Shown here: positions 50,867 through 60,633 of the stretch, one piece after another | How the letters are laid out: each line of letters begins with the position of its first letter | Position numbering within the stretch: the stretch's first letter is position 1 | Assembly: GCA_963667015.2 (NCBI GenBank) | Contig: CAXXJJ010000001.1 | Coordinates: 1,856,001-1,920,000 of the forward strand | DNA: 64,000 nucleotides | Source: Desulfatiglandales bacterium | GTDB taxonomy: Bacteria > Desulfobacterota > DSM-4660 > Desulfatiglandales > HGW-15 | Reading direction: 5' to 3' | Translations under genes and position numbers: made by a program | The notes under the pieces: model-generated | What the model was told of the DNA's origin: nothing | The model's input: only the letters and a program-made list of their open reading frames with translations | The model's database searches: none

Positions 50867-51535
50867 GTGGTTGCTGATCTTACTGAAGGAATAAAATTAT
50901 TAAAAATATCGGATTCCTGTATTCGACGGATTTCAATATATTTCAGGGCATTAAACCTGCTTGAAAAAAAAGGCATAAGATATATTACTTCCATGGAATT
51001 AGCTGAAATTGACGGGCGTTACCCTGCACAGGTCAGGAAAGATTTATCCTATTTCGGATGTTTTGGAGTAAGAGGTATCGGATATGAGGTGAGCAGGCTT
51101 AAAAACGAACTGGGCAAGGTCCTGGGGCTGAACAGAGGATGGGGGCTGGTAGTAATCGGGAGTGCCCAGTACAGTGATGTCCTGATGAAGTCTATTGCCT
51201 TGAAAAACAACAATTTTAATATCAATAAGATATATGACAAAGATCCGGAAGTATACAAGGGCATATCCGATGGGGTGAGTGTTTTTAATATTGAACGTCT
51301 CGAGGAAACCCTTGATCCGAATCTGGATAATATAGCAATAATAGCCCTTCCGCCCGCAGAGGTTCAGGGTGTTATCGACAGGCTTAACCTCATTGGGGTG
51401 AGGGCCGCCCTTTATCTTGCGTCAAGACCTGTGAAGGTTCCGGATAATATGGTTGTAGTGAACCAGGATATCTCGATTGAACTGGGTATGCTGACATATC
51501 GTCTTAATGAAAGGATAGGGGCCGGGCTTAATTGA
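50867..51535 (+). CDS. rex: Redox-sensing transcriptional repressor Rex (divergent NAD-binding loop)
   Basis: IRRISIYFRAL, AQVRKDLSYFGCFGVRGIGYEV wHTH. Confidence 0.85.
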   Translation: MVADLTEGIKLLKISDSCIRRISIYFRALNLLEKKGIRYITSMELAEIDGRYPAQVRKDLSYFGCFGVRGIGYEVSRLKNELGKVLGLNRGWGLVVIGSAQYSDVLMKSIALKNNNFNINKIYDKDPEVYKGISDGVSVFNIERLEETLDPNLDNIAIIALPPAEVQGVIDRLNLIGVRAALYLASRPVKVPDNMVVVNQDISIELGMLTYRLNERIGAGLN

Positions 51536-52442
51536 TTTGATGCTCTCCTTCCGGGTTCATACGCTGGTACTGCCAGACCTGGTAGCCGTTAAATGTTGCC
51601 TGCCACAGAATATAGGCCGTTGGAGCTATGGACGCCAGCGGCTGCAGGTATGACTGTGCAATCCAGATGGCGAGTACTGTATTTTTGTGACCGAGTGCCT
51701 GTCCTCCTGTTATCCTTTCACCGAATCTCTTTCCTATTACACGGCCAAGCCAGTATTGAAATATGCAGGCAATTAATGATCCTGCGGCAATGGATAGAAC
51801 CTGCGGGAGTTTATCTTCTCCATAGGCCAGGAAAAATTTGACCGAGCGTGCTATCACAACGGCAAAGGAGACAAACCATACATAAAAGGATATGATCTGG
51901 TGCCTTCTGATAGTGTTATAGACGCGAGGTAGAAATCTGGAGAGCATTATTGCTCCGATCAGCGGTGCTATCAGCATCAGGAACAGCTGCTTGAGTATAA
52001 ACAGGAACGACTGAAGATAGGGCAGGTCAGCGCTTATGCCCAGGGAAGGCAGCAGAAGGGGTAAAAGTGATGCCGTAACCAGGTTACCAAGAAGTGTGTA
52101 AAGGGTAAGCGTTGCAATGTTCCCTCCTATCATCGCTGCCACCACAGTCGATGAAATCGCTGTGGGGGCCAATATACAGATCAGCATTGCCTCGGCCGTG
52201 AGAGAACTGTAATGGTTTATAATAAAATAGGCCGACAGCCCGAGTGCAATCTGTGTTGATATCAATACAAGGTGCATTCGATGAAATTTGACCTCGCGAA
52301 GGGACAGGCTGCAATAGGTGACAAATATCATCAAAAACAGCATTGTGGGGATCAGGAATGACAGGTGGTCAAGGATTCTGTAACAAACTACTCCCAGAAT
52401 AATAGCAATAGGCGAGGCCCATTTTTTAAAAAGATACAGCAT
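51528..52442 (-). CDS. Bile acid:sodium symporter (BASS) family transporter
   Basis: APTAISS, GHKNTVLAIW motifs; multi-pass membrane protein. Confidence 0.8.
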   Translation of the reverse strand: MLYLFKKWASPIAIILGVVCYRILDHLSFLIPTMLFLMIFVTYCSLSLREVKFHRMHLVLISTQIALGLSAYFIINHYSSLTAEAMLICILAPTAISSTVVAAMIGGNIATLTLYTLLGNLVTASLLPLLLPSLGISADLPYLQSFLFILKQLFLMLIAPLIGAIMLSRFLPRVYNTIRRHQIISFYVWFVSFAVVIARSVKFFLAYGEDKLPQVLSIAAGSLIACIFQYWLGRVIGKRFGERITGGQALGHKNTVLAIWIAQSYLQPLASIAPTAYILWQATFNGYQVWQYQRMNPEGEHQIN

Positions 52443-52444
52443 AA

Positions 52445-52990
52445 TTACTTCTCAGGTTTTCTGCCTTTCTTTACCTCGTGATAATAGTTAAGCGCCCAGC
52501 GGTAAACAGGATCATCCTTATCGACCAGTTCCATTGCCATGTCAAGGTTCCTTAACGCCAGTTCTTTATTGTCATAGCCTTCCCATACTATCTGGGCCTT
52601 AAGGAGTGTTGCCTCGGGAAAGTCGGGATGTTTTTCCAGTATTTCATTAACTGTCAGGAGAGCCTCCCTGAACTGTTTTTTCCCTTTGCTTAACCTGGCC
52701 CTGGACAGATCGGCTGAATATTGTTCGCTTAGATTCGTCCTTCCGGATGTCCAGCCCAATAATAGATTGCCCAGGCCGGAACCGAGTTTTTCAACAGCAA
52801 AGGCATAAAAAACTGACAATGGTATTGCACATAAAATAAAGATTGACAGGTGTTTACCGGTGAATATTGCGCCGCTAGTCGATATATATATTATGTATAA
52901 AGAAAGAGATACACATGAAAAACAGAATATAACCCGCTTAATAAATCCCCGGTCTACCTCTTTGTTTAGCCTGGTTTTAAATTTATCCAT
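52445..52990 (-). CDS. Membrane protein with TPR-like C-terminus
   Basis: Two N-terminal TM helices; EILEKHPDFPEATLLKAQI. Confidence 0.65.
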   Translation of the reverse strand: MDKFKTRLNKEVDRGFIKRVIFCFSCVSLSLYIIYISTSGAIFTGKHLSIFILCAIPLSVFYAFAVEKLGSGLGNLLLGWTSGRTNLSEQYSADLSRARLSKGKKQFREALLTVNEILEKHPDFPEATLLKAQIVWEGYDNKELALRNLDMAMELVDKDDPVYRWALNYYHEVKKGRKPEK

Positions 52991-53009
52991 TTTATAACCA
53001 GTCAGTACC

Positions 53010-53240
53010 CTAAGTGATATTAATGGCAGAAACAGCTTTTAAGGGACAGGCATCTATACAGTCCCAGCATCCCATACACATGTCCTGGAATATCATTGGT
53101 TCTTCAAAAATACCGTCTATCTGTTTTATTACCTTGTGTGTGCATGCCTGGGCTGCAAGACATATACCCTTGTCAGGATTGCATGTCTTAGGGCTGCAAA
53201 TAGTATAGTCGACTTTTGCAAATGTTTTTTTCGGTTGCAT
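53010..53240 (-). CDS. Small 4Fe-4S ferredoxin
   Basis: CSPKTC..C..C and CMGCWDCIDACP. Confidence 0.8.
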   Translation of the reverse strand: MQPKKTFAKVDYTICSPKTCNPDKGICLAAQACTHKVIKQIDGIFEEPMIFQDMCMGCWDCIDACPLKAVSAINIT

Positions 53241-53304
53241 AGAATAAATAAAGGTTTAAAGTTTACGGTTTAGGGTTCAAGGTTTTATAGAACCTTAAAG
53301 CCTG

Positions 53305-54858
53305 CTAAACAAGATAATTTTTTGCCTTGCTCGTAAATGTCTCAACCTGTTCCTTCTGCCATTTCTTATTTTTTTTCAATCTCTTTGCCATCAGTTTAGC
53401 TACAAGAGGCGCAGTTTCAATAGCAGTCTTTGCATCGAGGATCAGGGCACGGCGTCGGCGGGAGAGAAAATCTTCTACTGTCCGCGCCATTTCATTGTCA
53501 ACCGCCCAGTTCACTTCTGCTGCTGAAATGATATCTTTAAAAATATAATCTCCAAGTCCTGGCTCTGCCTGTATCAGGTTCTGGATCTGCGGGGCATCAG
53601 AGCCATAACATGCAAGATTGCCAAATTTGTGTGAATGGTTGTGGTATCCATGTATCTGAAGGGTTTCACTCACGGATGGCTGAAAATCCATATGGCTGTT
53701 TACAATTGCCTGATCAACCGTGGCCTCTGCCATTTTTCTGTAGGTGGTCCATTTACCGCCGGCTATTGAGATAAGCCCTGATCTGGAAACCAGTATCATG
53801 TGCTCCCTTGATATATTTGCGGTATCGGAATTTTTCCCGGGACTCACCAGCGGGCGCAGGCCGGCGAAGACACTCAGGATATCCTTCCTTTCCGGGTCTT
53901 TTGAGAGATATCTGGCAATATTTTCCAGTATAAAGTCAACCTCATTTTCCAGGGGTAATGGGTCAATGTCTATCTCCTTCACGGGCGTATCCGTGGTTCC
54001 TACGATAACCCTGTCCAGCCATGGAACAGCGAAGATAACCCTGCCGTCAGCCGTACGGGGAACCATGATCGCTGCATCACCCTTTAAAAATGACTTGTCC
54101 AGTATGATGTGAACCCCCTGGCTTGGCTGTATTACCGGAGGTGATTCCGGGTCATCGAGCTTTCGTATTGAATCTGTGAATACACCGGTCGCATTGATAA
54201 TTGCCCTGGCCTTTATTTCATATTCTGTCCCGCTTTCCAGGTCCTGTGCGATGACCCCGCTTAAAACATTATTTGTTTTGAGCAGTTTTACCGCTTTCAT
54301 ATAATTAAGGACCGCGCCTCCCTGCTCAACTGCGGTTTGTGCCAGATTAATGACCATGCGCGAATCATCAAACTGCCCGTCATAATATCTCACGCCGCCG
54401 TTGAGCCCCTCAGTTTCGATATTCGGAATCTGGGCAAGGGTTTCAGCCTTATTCAGTATTTCAGAGTGCCCGAATCCTCCCTGTCCTGCCATAAGGTCAT
54501 AGAGCTTAAGGCCAATCCCGTAAAACGGGCCTTCCCACCAGTCATATGTCGGGACAATAAAGGCCTGGCTTTTTACAAGATGTGGGGCGTTTTGCCTTAA
54601 AATACCGCGTTCCTTAAGTGCTTCAAGAACCAGAGAAATGTTTCCCTGTTTCAGGTATCTGACACCTCCATGAACGAGTTTTGTGCTCCGGCTGGAAGTA
54701 GCAACACCAAAATCATTCTGTTCAAGAAGTACAGTACTGTAACCGCGTGATGCTGCCTCAACAGCTATCCCCATGCCGGTGGCGCCCCCGCCTATCACAA
54801 TAAAATCCCATGTGCAGCCCCTGTCGGAAATCTTATTCAACATCTCTTCTCTGTTCAT
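53305..54858 (-). CDS. glpD: FAD-dependent glycerol-3-phosphate dehydrogenase
   Basis: GGGATG, TSSRSTKLVHGGVRYL, GLRPL, GGKWTTYR. Confidence 0.93.
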   Translation of the reverse strand: MNREEMLNKISDRGCTWDFIVIGGGATGMGIAVEAASRGYSTVLLEQNDFGVATSSRSTKLVHGGVRYLKQGNISLVLEALKERGILRQNAPHLVKSQAFIVPTYDWWEGPFYGIGLKLYDLMAGQGGFGHSEILNKAETLAQIPNIETEGLNGGVRYYDGQFDDSRMVINLAQTAVEQGGAVLNYMKAVKLLKTNNVLSGVIAQDLESGTEYEIKARAIINATGVFTDSIRKLDDPESPPVIQPSQGVHIILDKSFLKGDAAIMVPRTADGRVIFAVPWLDRVIVGTTDTPVKEIDIDPLPLENEVDFILENIARYLSKDPERKDILSVFAGLRPLVSPGKNSDTANISREHMILVSRSGLISIAGGKWTTYRKMAEATVDQAIVNSHMDFQPSVSETLQIHGYHNHSHKFGNLACYGSDAPQIQNLIQAEPGLGDYIFKDIISAAEVNWAVDNEMARTVEDFLSRRRRALILDAKTAIETAPLVAKLMAKRLKKNKKWQKEQVETFTSKAKNYLV

Positions 54859-54885
54859 GATCAGTCCTTTTCGTTATGGTTTTTG

Positions 54886-55851
54886 CTATATACCTATTCT
54901 TAACATTTTTTTTATCCAGGTAAAGAGGCTTTTCCTTTCACCACTTAAAAAATCACTGATGATTCCGGCCATTTCTGCAGTACGCAGATAGCCAAATGAT
55001 TTGTGGTGATTTTTTTTACCCCTGTATTGATAATTATTGTTGACGACTTTATCTATCACCCGGACATTCCTTGAATTTTCCCTGTAGTCATCCTGCAAAG
55101 AGTAATCCATTGCTATTTTATCCTTCAGGTCTGCCAGATTATACCAGTTGGAAACGACATTTTCCGGAGTTTTAAGATGGGAGTTATCAGGACTACGAAC
55201 CCTTCTCTCCGCAGCTATTTTACTTTTGATAACAGGTAATCCAAGAGGCGAGCCAATAGTAACAAAGGTGTCTACCGATATTGATGGAACAACCTCGGTT
55301 AATACATGGTAGGCAATAATAGACCCCATTGAATGGGCAATAAGGAGTATTTTATTCCTTCGGTTTTTATACAGCAGATCGGCCAGGCGTTCATCTATAA
55401 CATCCCTGGTCTTTTTATTCCCGCTTGTTTTCCTTATGCAGTCGGCCCTGTAATACTTTTCAAAATCACTGAAAAAATGGTGAATGATAAAATCATTTAT
55501 CGATGAGTAGTTGACTGAAAGATCATCATTAAGAAATATCTTCTCCATCCCGGCCTCCAGATTATGGAGGATTTTTTTCCTCAGGCCGCCAGGTTTTTCT
55601 TCTTGTCGATTTCCTGTGTCACGAACATAGGGTTCATCTATATAAAGCGGGGATTTATCATCCCTTATCGCAGAGTTCATCGGGGTTTCATAAAGGCAGT
55701 CACTCCAGTAGGCCATCTCAAAATTAAAGAATCTTTTCGGTTTTCCGATTCTTTTCAGTCCTTCGCGGATAGCTGCCTTCCACCAGATTTCAAGTACCTT
55801 TTCCGGCGGTTTGTTACCAAGGCCGTGTATGCCTATTATAACACTGGACAT
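54886..55851 (-). CDS. Alpha/beta hydrolase (lipase-like)
   Basis: IHGLG oxyanion motif, AHSMG nucleophile elbow, GSPLG, C-terminal His. Confidence 0.75.
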   Translation of the reverse strand: MSSVIIGIHGLGNKPPEKVLEIWWKAAIREGLKRIGKPKRFFNFEMAYWSDCLYETPMNSAIRDDKSPLYIDEPYVRDTGNRQEEKPGGLRKKILHNLEAGMEKIFLNDDLSVNYSSINDFIIHHFFSDFEKYYRADCIRKTSGNKKTRDVIDERLADLLYKNRRNKILLIAHSMGSIIAYHVLTEVVPSISVDTFVTIGSPLGLPVIKSKIAAERRVRSPDNSHLKTPENVVSNWYNLADLKDKIAMDYSLQDDYRENSRNVRVIDKVVNNNYQYRGKKNHHKSFGYLRTAEMAGIISDFLSGERKSLFTWIKKMLRIGI

Positions 55852-55909
55852 ATTTTTTTCCCGGTTAACCTGGCGATACAGGTTTTTTCATGATTTAACA
55901 GGATAGCAC

Positions 55910-56611
55910 TCATTTTGTGTCTGCCTCCTGAACAAGTTTCAGAACCCTGTCGGGGTAATCTGTAAAAACCCCGTCAACGCCCATGGCTTTCATTCTATTG
56001 ATATCATCCGGTTCATTGACTGTATATACAAAAACCTTAAATCCTTTATTGTGAGCGTCAATAACTAAATCATTGTTTACAAAACAGATATCCTGATTTA
56101 CAGAGCAGGCTTTTAGCTCCTCAGCTATTGCCGGACAATTATATGTGATAGCATCCAGCAATATGCCAATAGGAATCATTTTATCCAGTTTTCTTGCTTC
56201 ATACAAAAACTGATGATTTAAAGAAGATACAAGAAAGTTTTCAATCCCCCATTCCGAGGTAATCCATTTCCGAAGAAGCTCAATGACAGGGCGTACAGTA
56301 CCCGGGCCCTTTAATTCAATATTGATACCAGCCTTTTCCCATATCAGATCAAGTACCTCCTCCAGAGTTGGAATCCTTTCTCCTTCACCTGCATCAAGTC
56401 CCCTTATGTATGAAAAGCTTTTATCTGACAGGGAGCCTTTTCCGTTTGTGGTTCGTGCCAGTGTTTCGTCATGTATAACCATAAGGTGATTATCAACATA
56501 GTACACATCAACTTCAACCCAGGGTGCTCCCAGTTCAAGGGCCTTTGCCAGTGATTTAATGGTGTTTTCAGGTGCGTATCCCATGGCACCGCGATGTCCT
56601 ATACACAACAT
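55910..56611 (-). CDS. Glycerophosphodiester phosphodiesterase (UgpQ/GlpQ family)
   Basis: GHRGA..PENT, EVDV, IHD, NIELK, YTVN, FTDYPD. Confidence 0.93.
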   Translation of the reverse strand: MLCIGHRGAMGYAPENTIKSLAKALELGAPWVEVDVYYVDNHLMVIHDETLARTTNGKGSLSDKSFSYIRGLDAGEGERIPTLEEVLDLIWEKAGINIELKGPGTVRPVIELLRKWITSEWGIENFLVSSLNHQFLYEARKLDKMIPIGILLDAITYNCPAIAEELKACSVNQDICFVNNDLVIDAHNKGFKVFVYTVNEPDDINRMKAMGVDGVFTDYPDRVLKLVQEADTK

Positions 56612-56871
56612 ATCTTTTCTCCGGACTATATAAGATAAAAAGTTACGAATGACGATTAGCGAATTATAAATGATTGAAATGATGCTTCATACTATTTGTT
56701 CGCCCTTTGGCATTCGAAATTCGTAAATCGATTGTTTTATTCTTTTACACCGGGCAGGAGCCGTGGTCAAAAAAAATATCTTTGACTATTATTTGATAAA
56801 CTTGACTTTAAGTATACATTTCCATAGGATTCGTTACTTTTTTAATACTGGGAAATATTGATTGAACAGGT

Positions 56872-58380
56872 ATGGAAACAGATCATAACATAAACCCGAA
56901 AAAGAGGGTCTACATTATAGGCGCAGTATTGATCGCGCTTTTTTTGTGTTCTATGGATGCACTTATCATGTCTGTAGCCATGCCGACTATTGTGATGGAA
57001 CTGGGAGGCCTTAAACTCTATGCATGGGCCTATTCAGGTTTTTCCCTTACCAATGCCATTACCCTTCCTATAATAGGAAAGCTGTCAGACCTTTACGATA
57101 CTAAAAAACTGTTCATTATATCCATCAGCGTTTTTATCATTTCTTCTATAGCAGCCGGCCTGTCCCAGAGTATGCTTTTTCTGGTAATAGCCAGGGCATT
57201 TCAGGGTATTGGTGCGGGCGGAAATATGGCCCTTGTATATATTGTCCTGTCCGATGTGTCTGCTCCCGAAAAAAGGGCTAAGACACTGGCACTTGGCAGT
57301 TTTGTCTGGGGTATATCAAGTGTTGTAGGACCTTCTATCGGAGGGTTTATAACTACATATATGTCATGGAGATGGATCTTCTTTATTAATGTTCCGATCG
57401 GCCTTGTATCATTAACCGGCATTACTGTTCTGTTTACCGAGATCCGAACAAAAAAACAGAAAGTAAATCTTGATATTAAGGGTGCAGTAACTCTGGCAGG
57501 ATGTATCTTGTGTCTTCTGACCTTTATATTGACCGGAGGGGAGCAGTTCCCCTGGATATCAGCACCAATTATTATTCTGGCTTTTCTTAGTGTTGTTTTC
57601 GGAGTCGGATTTATAATGGCTGAGAACAGAGCTGTAGAACCTGTTTTAAGTCTGAAATTTTTTAAATACAGCGGATTCGTCCTTGGAAACAGCGCTGCTT
57701 TCCTGTCCAGTTTTGGTGTTTTCAGCCTCTTCGCATATGCTCCGCTGTTTATACAGGGGGCTTTAAGAAAAACTCCCATGGAAGTAGGGTATGTCATGCT
57801 TACCTTAAGCCTTGGATGGACAGGAGCACCTATTATTATTTCCCGGGTTATACATAAAACCACCAATAAAATGGCAATTTCAACAGGTGCCATATTACTT
57901 ACTGTCGGAAGTGGTTATGCCCTCTCCTTTGATTCGTCCACAACCATGATAGAATGTCTCAGCTCCTTTGCTGTCATCGGATTGGGGATGGGAGCCGTTT
58001 CAATATGCACACTGCTGGTAGTTCAAAGTGCCCTGCATGTAAAGGATCTGGGCGTGGCAACATCATCTCAGCAGTTTTCAAGGACGCTTGGGGGAACAAT
58101 AGGCGTTGCCATAGCCGGTGCCATTGCAACCAGTTCGCTTGTGTCACTGCTCAGGTCAGCAGGAGACAAAATTCCGCCCGATGTTTTCAGTCAGGTCGCA
58201 GAAAATATGGAGAATGTTTTTAAACCCGAATTCTTCACACCTTTGTCACAGACAATACAGAGTTTTCTGCAGAATGCTATAGCCGACAGCATTTCGACTG
58301 TCTTCTGGATAGTTTTTGGAACTGCTATCCTGACCCTGATTTCCAGCCTGCTTATCAGTGAAAAATCCGGAAAATCCTGA
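56872..58380 (+). CDS. MFS transporter, DHA2 (EmrB/QacA) family
   Basis: GKLSDLYD motif A, ARAFQGIGAG, WRWIFFINVPIG; about 14 TM helices. Confidence 0.92.
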   Translation: METDHNINPKKRVYIIGAVLIALFLCSMDALIMSVAMPTIVMELGGLKLYAWAYSGFSLTNAITLPIIGKLSDLYDTKKLFIISISVFIISSIAAGLSQSMLFLVIARAFQGIGAGGNMALVYIVLSDVSAPEKRAKTLALGSFVWGISSVVGPSIGGFITTYMSWRWIFFINVPIGLVSLTGITVLFTEIRTKKQKVNLDIKGAVTLAGCILCLLTFILTGGEQFPWISAPIIILAFLSVVFGVGFIMAENRAVEPVLSLKFFKYSGFVLGNSAAFLSSFGVFSLFAYAPLFIQGALRKTPMEVGYVMLTLSLGWTGAPIIISRVIHKTTNKMAISTGAILLTVGSGYALSFDSSTTMIECLSSFAVIGLGMGAVSICTLLVVQSALHVKDLGVATSSQQFSRTLGGTIGVAIAGAIATSSLVSLLRSAGDKIPPDVFSQVAENMENVFKPEFFTPLSQTIQSFLQNAIADSISTVFWIVFGTAILTLISSLLISEKSGKS

Positions 58381-58492
58381 TGAGTAATATCTCGTCTTAT
58401 TTGAGTATGTTCTGCATATAGAAAATAAACATAAATAAAGGTCATTCTCTAAAAAACAGTTCATTATTAGTGTGTTCAATGCTGTTCAAGGC

Positions 58493-58521
58493 TTGACACA
58501 AAATTCCCATATCCCTATACT
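58493..58521 (+). promoter_or_regulatory. Sigma70 promoter for the FNT gene
   Basis: TTGACA(58493)-N17-TATACT(58516). Confidence 0.75.
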
Positions 58522-58527
58522 TTCGCC

Positions 58528-58710
58528 CTGACAAGGAGTTCTTATCACCTCACCGAGAATGTGATTACGTGGTTTTAAATTCCTGACAAAAATTTGGGAA
58601 TGCCTTTTTGTAAAAAGGTTTTCCATAATAACTTAGCCTGTTATGCAATGGGGGCATTACACGCTTAAACCCAAAGCATTGAAGGTATATCCTGTATTAT
58701 GCTTTTTTTA
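58528..58710 (+). ncRNA. Candidate cis-regulatory leader RNA (riboswitch-like)
   Basis: ~200-nt leader from the predicted start; 5' hairpin, possible pseudoknot ggagtt/aattcc, terminator-like stem and T7 before the RBS. Confidence 0.35.
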
Positions 58711-58723
58711 AAGGAGATGAATT

Positions 58724-59557
58724 TTGACTGGAAATAATGGAATGAGTTATGAACCGGCACTGTCGGTTAATGAATTGAATAAAAGGGTAATGGCCCTGGG
58801 TATTAAAAAAGCAAACACTAAGGTCTGGCAGCTGCTATTGCTTGGAATTCTTGCAGGTCTCTATATAGGATTTGGCGGACATGTATTTCTTGTAGCACTT
58901 CAGCAGGGAATGGGAAAGGTTGTAGGAGGGGCTGTATTCAGCGTCGGCCTTATGCTTGTCGTAATTGCTGGCGCTGAACTGTTTACCGGAAATATTACCA
59001 TGATTGTTAATACGGTTGTATCTATATACTCTATACCAAAGATTCTTAAAAACTGGATTGCTGTTTACATTGGAAACTTTGCAGGTTCTATTTTCCTTGT
59101 TTTTATTATCTGGGAAGCAGGATTGCTTGGAAGTCCCGAAAAGTTAAATGATCTTGGTCAGCTGGCTCTTAAAGTTGCCAATGCCAAGCTGGCCTTACCA
59201 TTTATGCAGGCGTTTCTCCGGGGAATTCTCTGCAATATCCTGGTTGTTCTTGCCGTACTTATGGCAATAATGTCAAAGGATGTTGTTTCAAAGCTGCTCT
59301 GCTGTTTGATGCCTATTATGGCCTTTGTTGCTTCAGGCTTTGAGCATTGCGTTGCCAACATGTACCTTATTCCTCTGGGACTCCTGGCCGGCGGGGCGTC
59401 TTTGGGAGAACTGGCCGTAATGTTTCAGAATATTCTTCCTGTAACCCTTGGGAATATTGTTGGCGGAATTCTTATACTTATGCTGCATCCCAACCGGATC
59501 AGGGAAATAGGCTTTCTCAACAGGCATAAAGATGATTTTAAGGGCAGAGTTATTTAA
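58724..59557 (+). CDS. Formate/nitrite transporter (FNT) family channel
   Basis: LAGLYIGFG, GAELFTGN, GNFAG, GILCNILV, GFEHCVANM, GNIVGG. Confidence 0.93.
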   Translation: MTGNNGMSYEPALSVNELNKRVMALGIKKANTKVWQLLLLGILAGLYIGFGGHVFLVALQQGMGKVVGGAVFSVGLMLVVIAGAELFTGNITMIVNTVVSIYSIPKILKNWIAVYIGNFAGSIFLVFIIWEAGLLGSPEKLNDLGQLALKVANAKLALPFMQAFLRGILCNILVVLAVLMAIMSKDVVSKLLCCLMPIMAFVASGFEHCVANMYLIPLGLLAGGASLGELAVMFQNILPVTLGNIVGGILILMLHPNRIREIGFLNRHKDDFKGRVI

Positions 59558-59646
59558 TCTTCCTGATATGTTTTAAATACAATAAGGCATGTCTTAATGG
59601 ACATGCCTTGTTGCATATATGAGTCCTGGTCAACTTTATTTGTTTA

Positions 59647-59772
59647 GAGATATTTTTTACAAGATCAAGGAAATCAAGGAATGGCGCGGAGATGTACTTT
59701 AGTACATCGCACAAGTCATTCCGAAGATTGATGTAGAGATTATGAAAAAGAGCAGTTTATGGATGGAAGCTA
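59647..59772 (-). mobile_element. MITE-like element, inverted copy of 37813-37940
   Basis: Reverse complement of ...ggaatgacttgtgcgatgtactaaagtacatctccgcgccattccttga... Confidence 0.8.
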
Positions 59773-59911
59773 AATAGATTGTTCCTACGAGTATCAAAAG
59801 AGTTAATGCTATGCCCAATATTAGATAATGATCCAAAACGATTTTTACAATTAAACTAAAGCCACCAAGACAAAGTAAATAAATCGGAAGATACTTATAA
59901 AATTTACCCAT
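59773..59911 (-). pseudogene. Small membrane-protein remnant truncated by the MITE
   Basis: Hydrophobic ORF reads into the MITE; in-frame TAG upstream. Confidence 0.4.
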
Positions 59912-60008
59912 TTCCTGAAGTCTTTTTCTCTATTCATCATTTGGAATGTTTGTCTTCATAACTTTTTCCTTCATTTAAGTTCTCCAGTTTTCGTTCTTTT
60001 CAATTTAC

Positions 60009-60070
60009 ACACAACACCGCTTTTCAGCGGGCGCGGTCTTTTGCGATTCTGCTGAAAGAGCATGTTAGAT
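60009..60070 (-). other. attC integron cassette recombination site (62 bp)
   Basis: Minus strand ATCTAAC-atgctc-tttcagcag...ccgctgaaaa-gcggt-GTTGTGT, 9 nt after the methyltransferase stop; matching core GTTAGAT at 60635-60629. Confidence 0.7.
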
Positions 60071-60079
60071 CTCCCAATT

Positions 60080-60607
60080 CTATGAATTTTCAAACAATTG
60101 CATGTAAAAATATTCATTAACTTCAATAAGCATTTTAGGTAACAACGAGACCTTTTGTCTCAATTCCTCTGGAGAAGATCGCATTTCGACCGGAGGGCCG
60201 AAAGCCGTATCTACCTTTTTTATATTCACAATAGCCAGCCGAGCATTTGGTTTTAAAATTCGTTTTATTTCTGTTACAAATCCTCCAATTTGGTATTCCG
60301 AAAAAATGTGAAACACCGTTGAGAGGTAGGCCAAATCAATTGAAGCGGCTTTCAGCCTGGTTGGTTTTGTAATATCGCCAACGAAGGCTTCTATATTGGT
60401 CTTTTCAACTTCTTTTTTTAAATTTGCAATCGATTGATTATCCGGGTCAAGAGCATATATCTTTCCTGTGTTTCCCACCAGCTCAGAAAAAATTTTCGCC
60501 ATATAACCGTTTCCGCATCCAGCATCGAGAATTGTCTGACCTGCGCATATGTCCAGATTCGCTAGTATTATTTTTTCGTTTAATAATCCTTCTGAAAACT
60601 TGCCCAC
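60080..60607 (-). CDS. Class I SAM-dependent methyltransferase (gene cassette)
   Basis: ILDAGCGNGY motif I, RILKPNARL. Confidence 0.88.
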   Translation of the reverse strand: MGKFSEGLLNEKIILANLDICAGQTILDAGCGNGYMAKIFSELVGNTGKIYALDPDNQSIANLKKEVEKTNIEAFVGDITKPTRLKAASIDLAYLSTVFHIFSEYQIGGFVTEIKRILKPNARLAIVNIKKVDTAFGPPVEMRSSPEELRQKVSLLPKMLIEVNEYFYMQLFENS

Positions 60608-60633
60608 TTATTCATAATCTCCTTATGGATCTA

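Noticed and set aside
57201..57893. 230-aa minus-strand ORF
   Set aside because: Antisense shadow of the MFS transporter.
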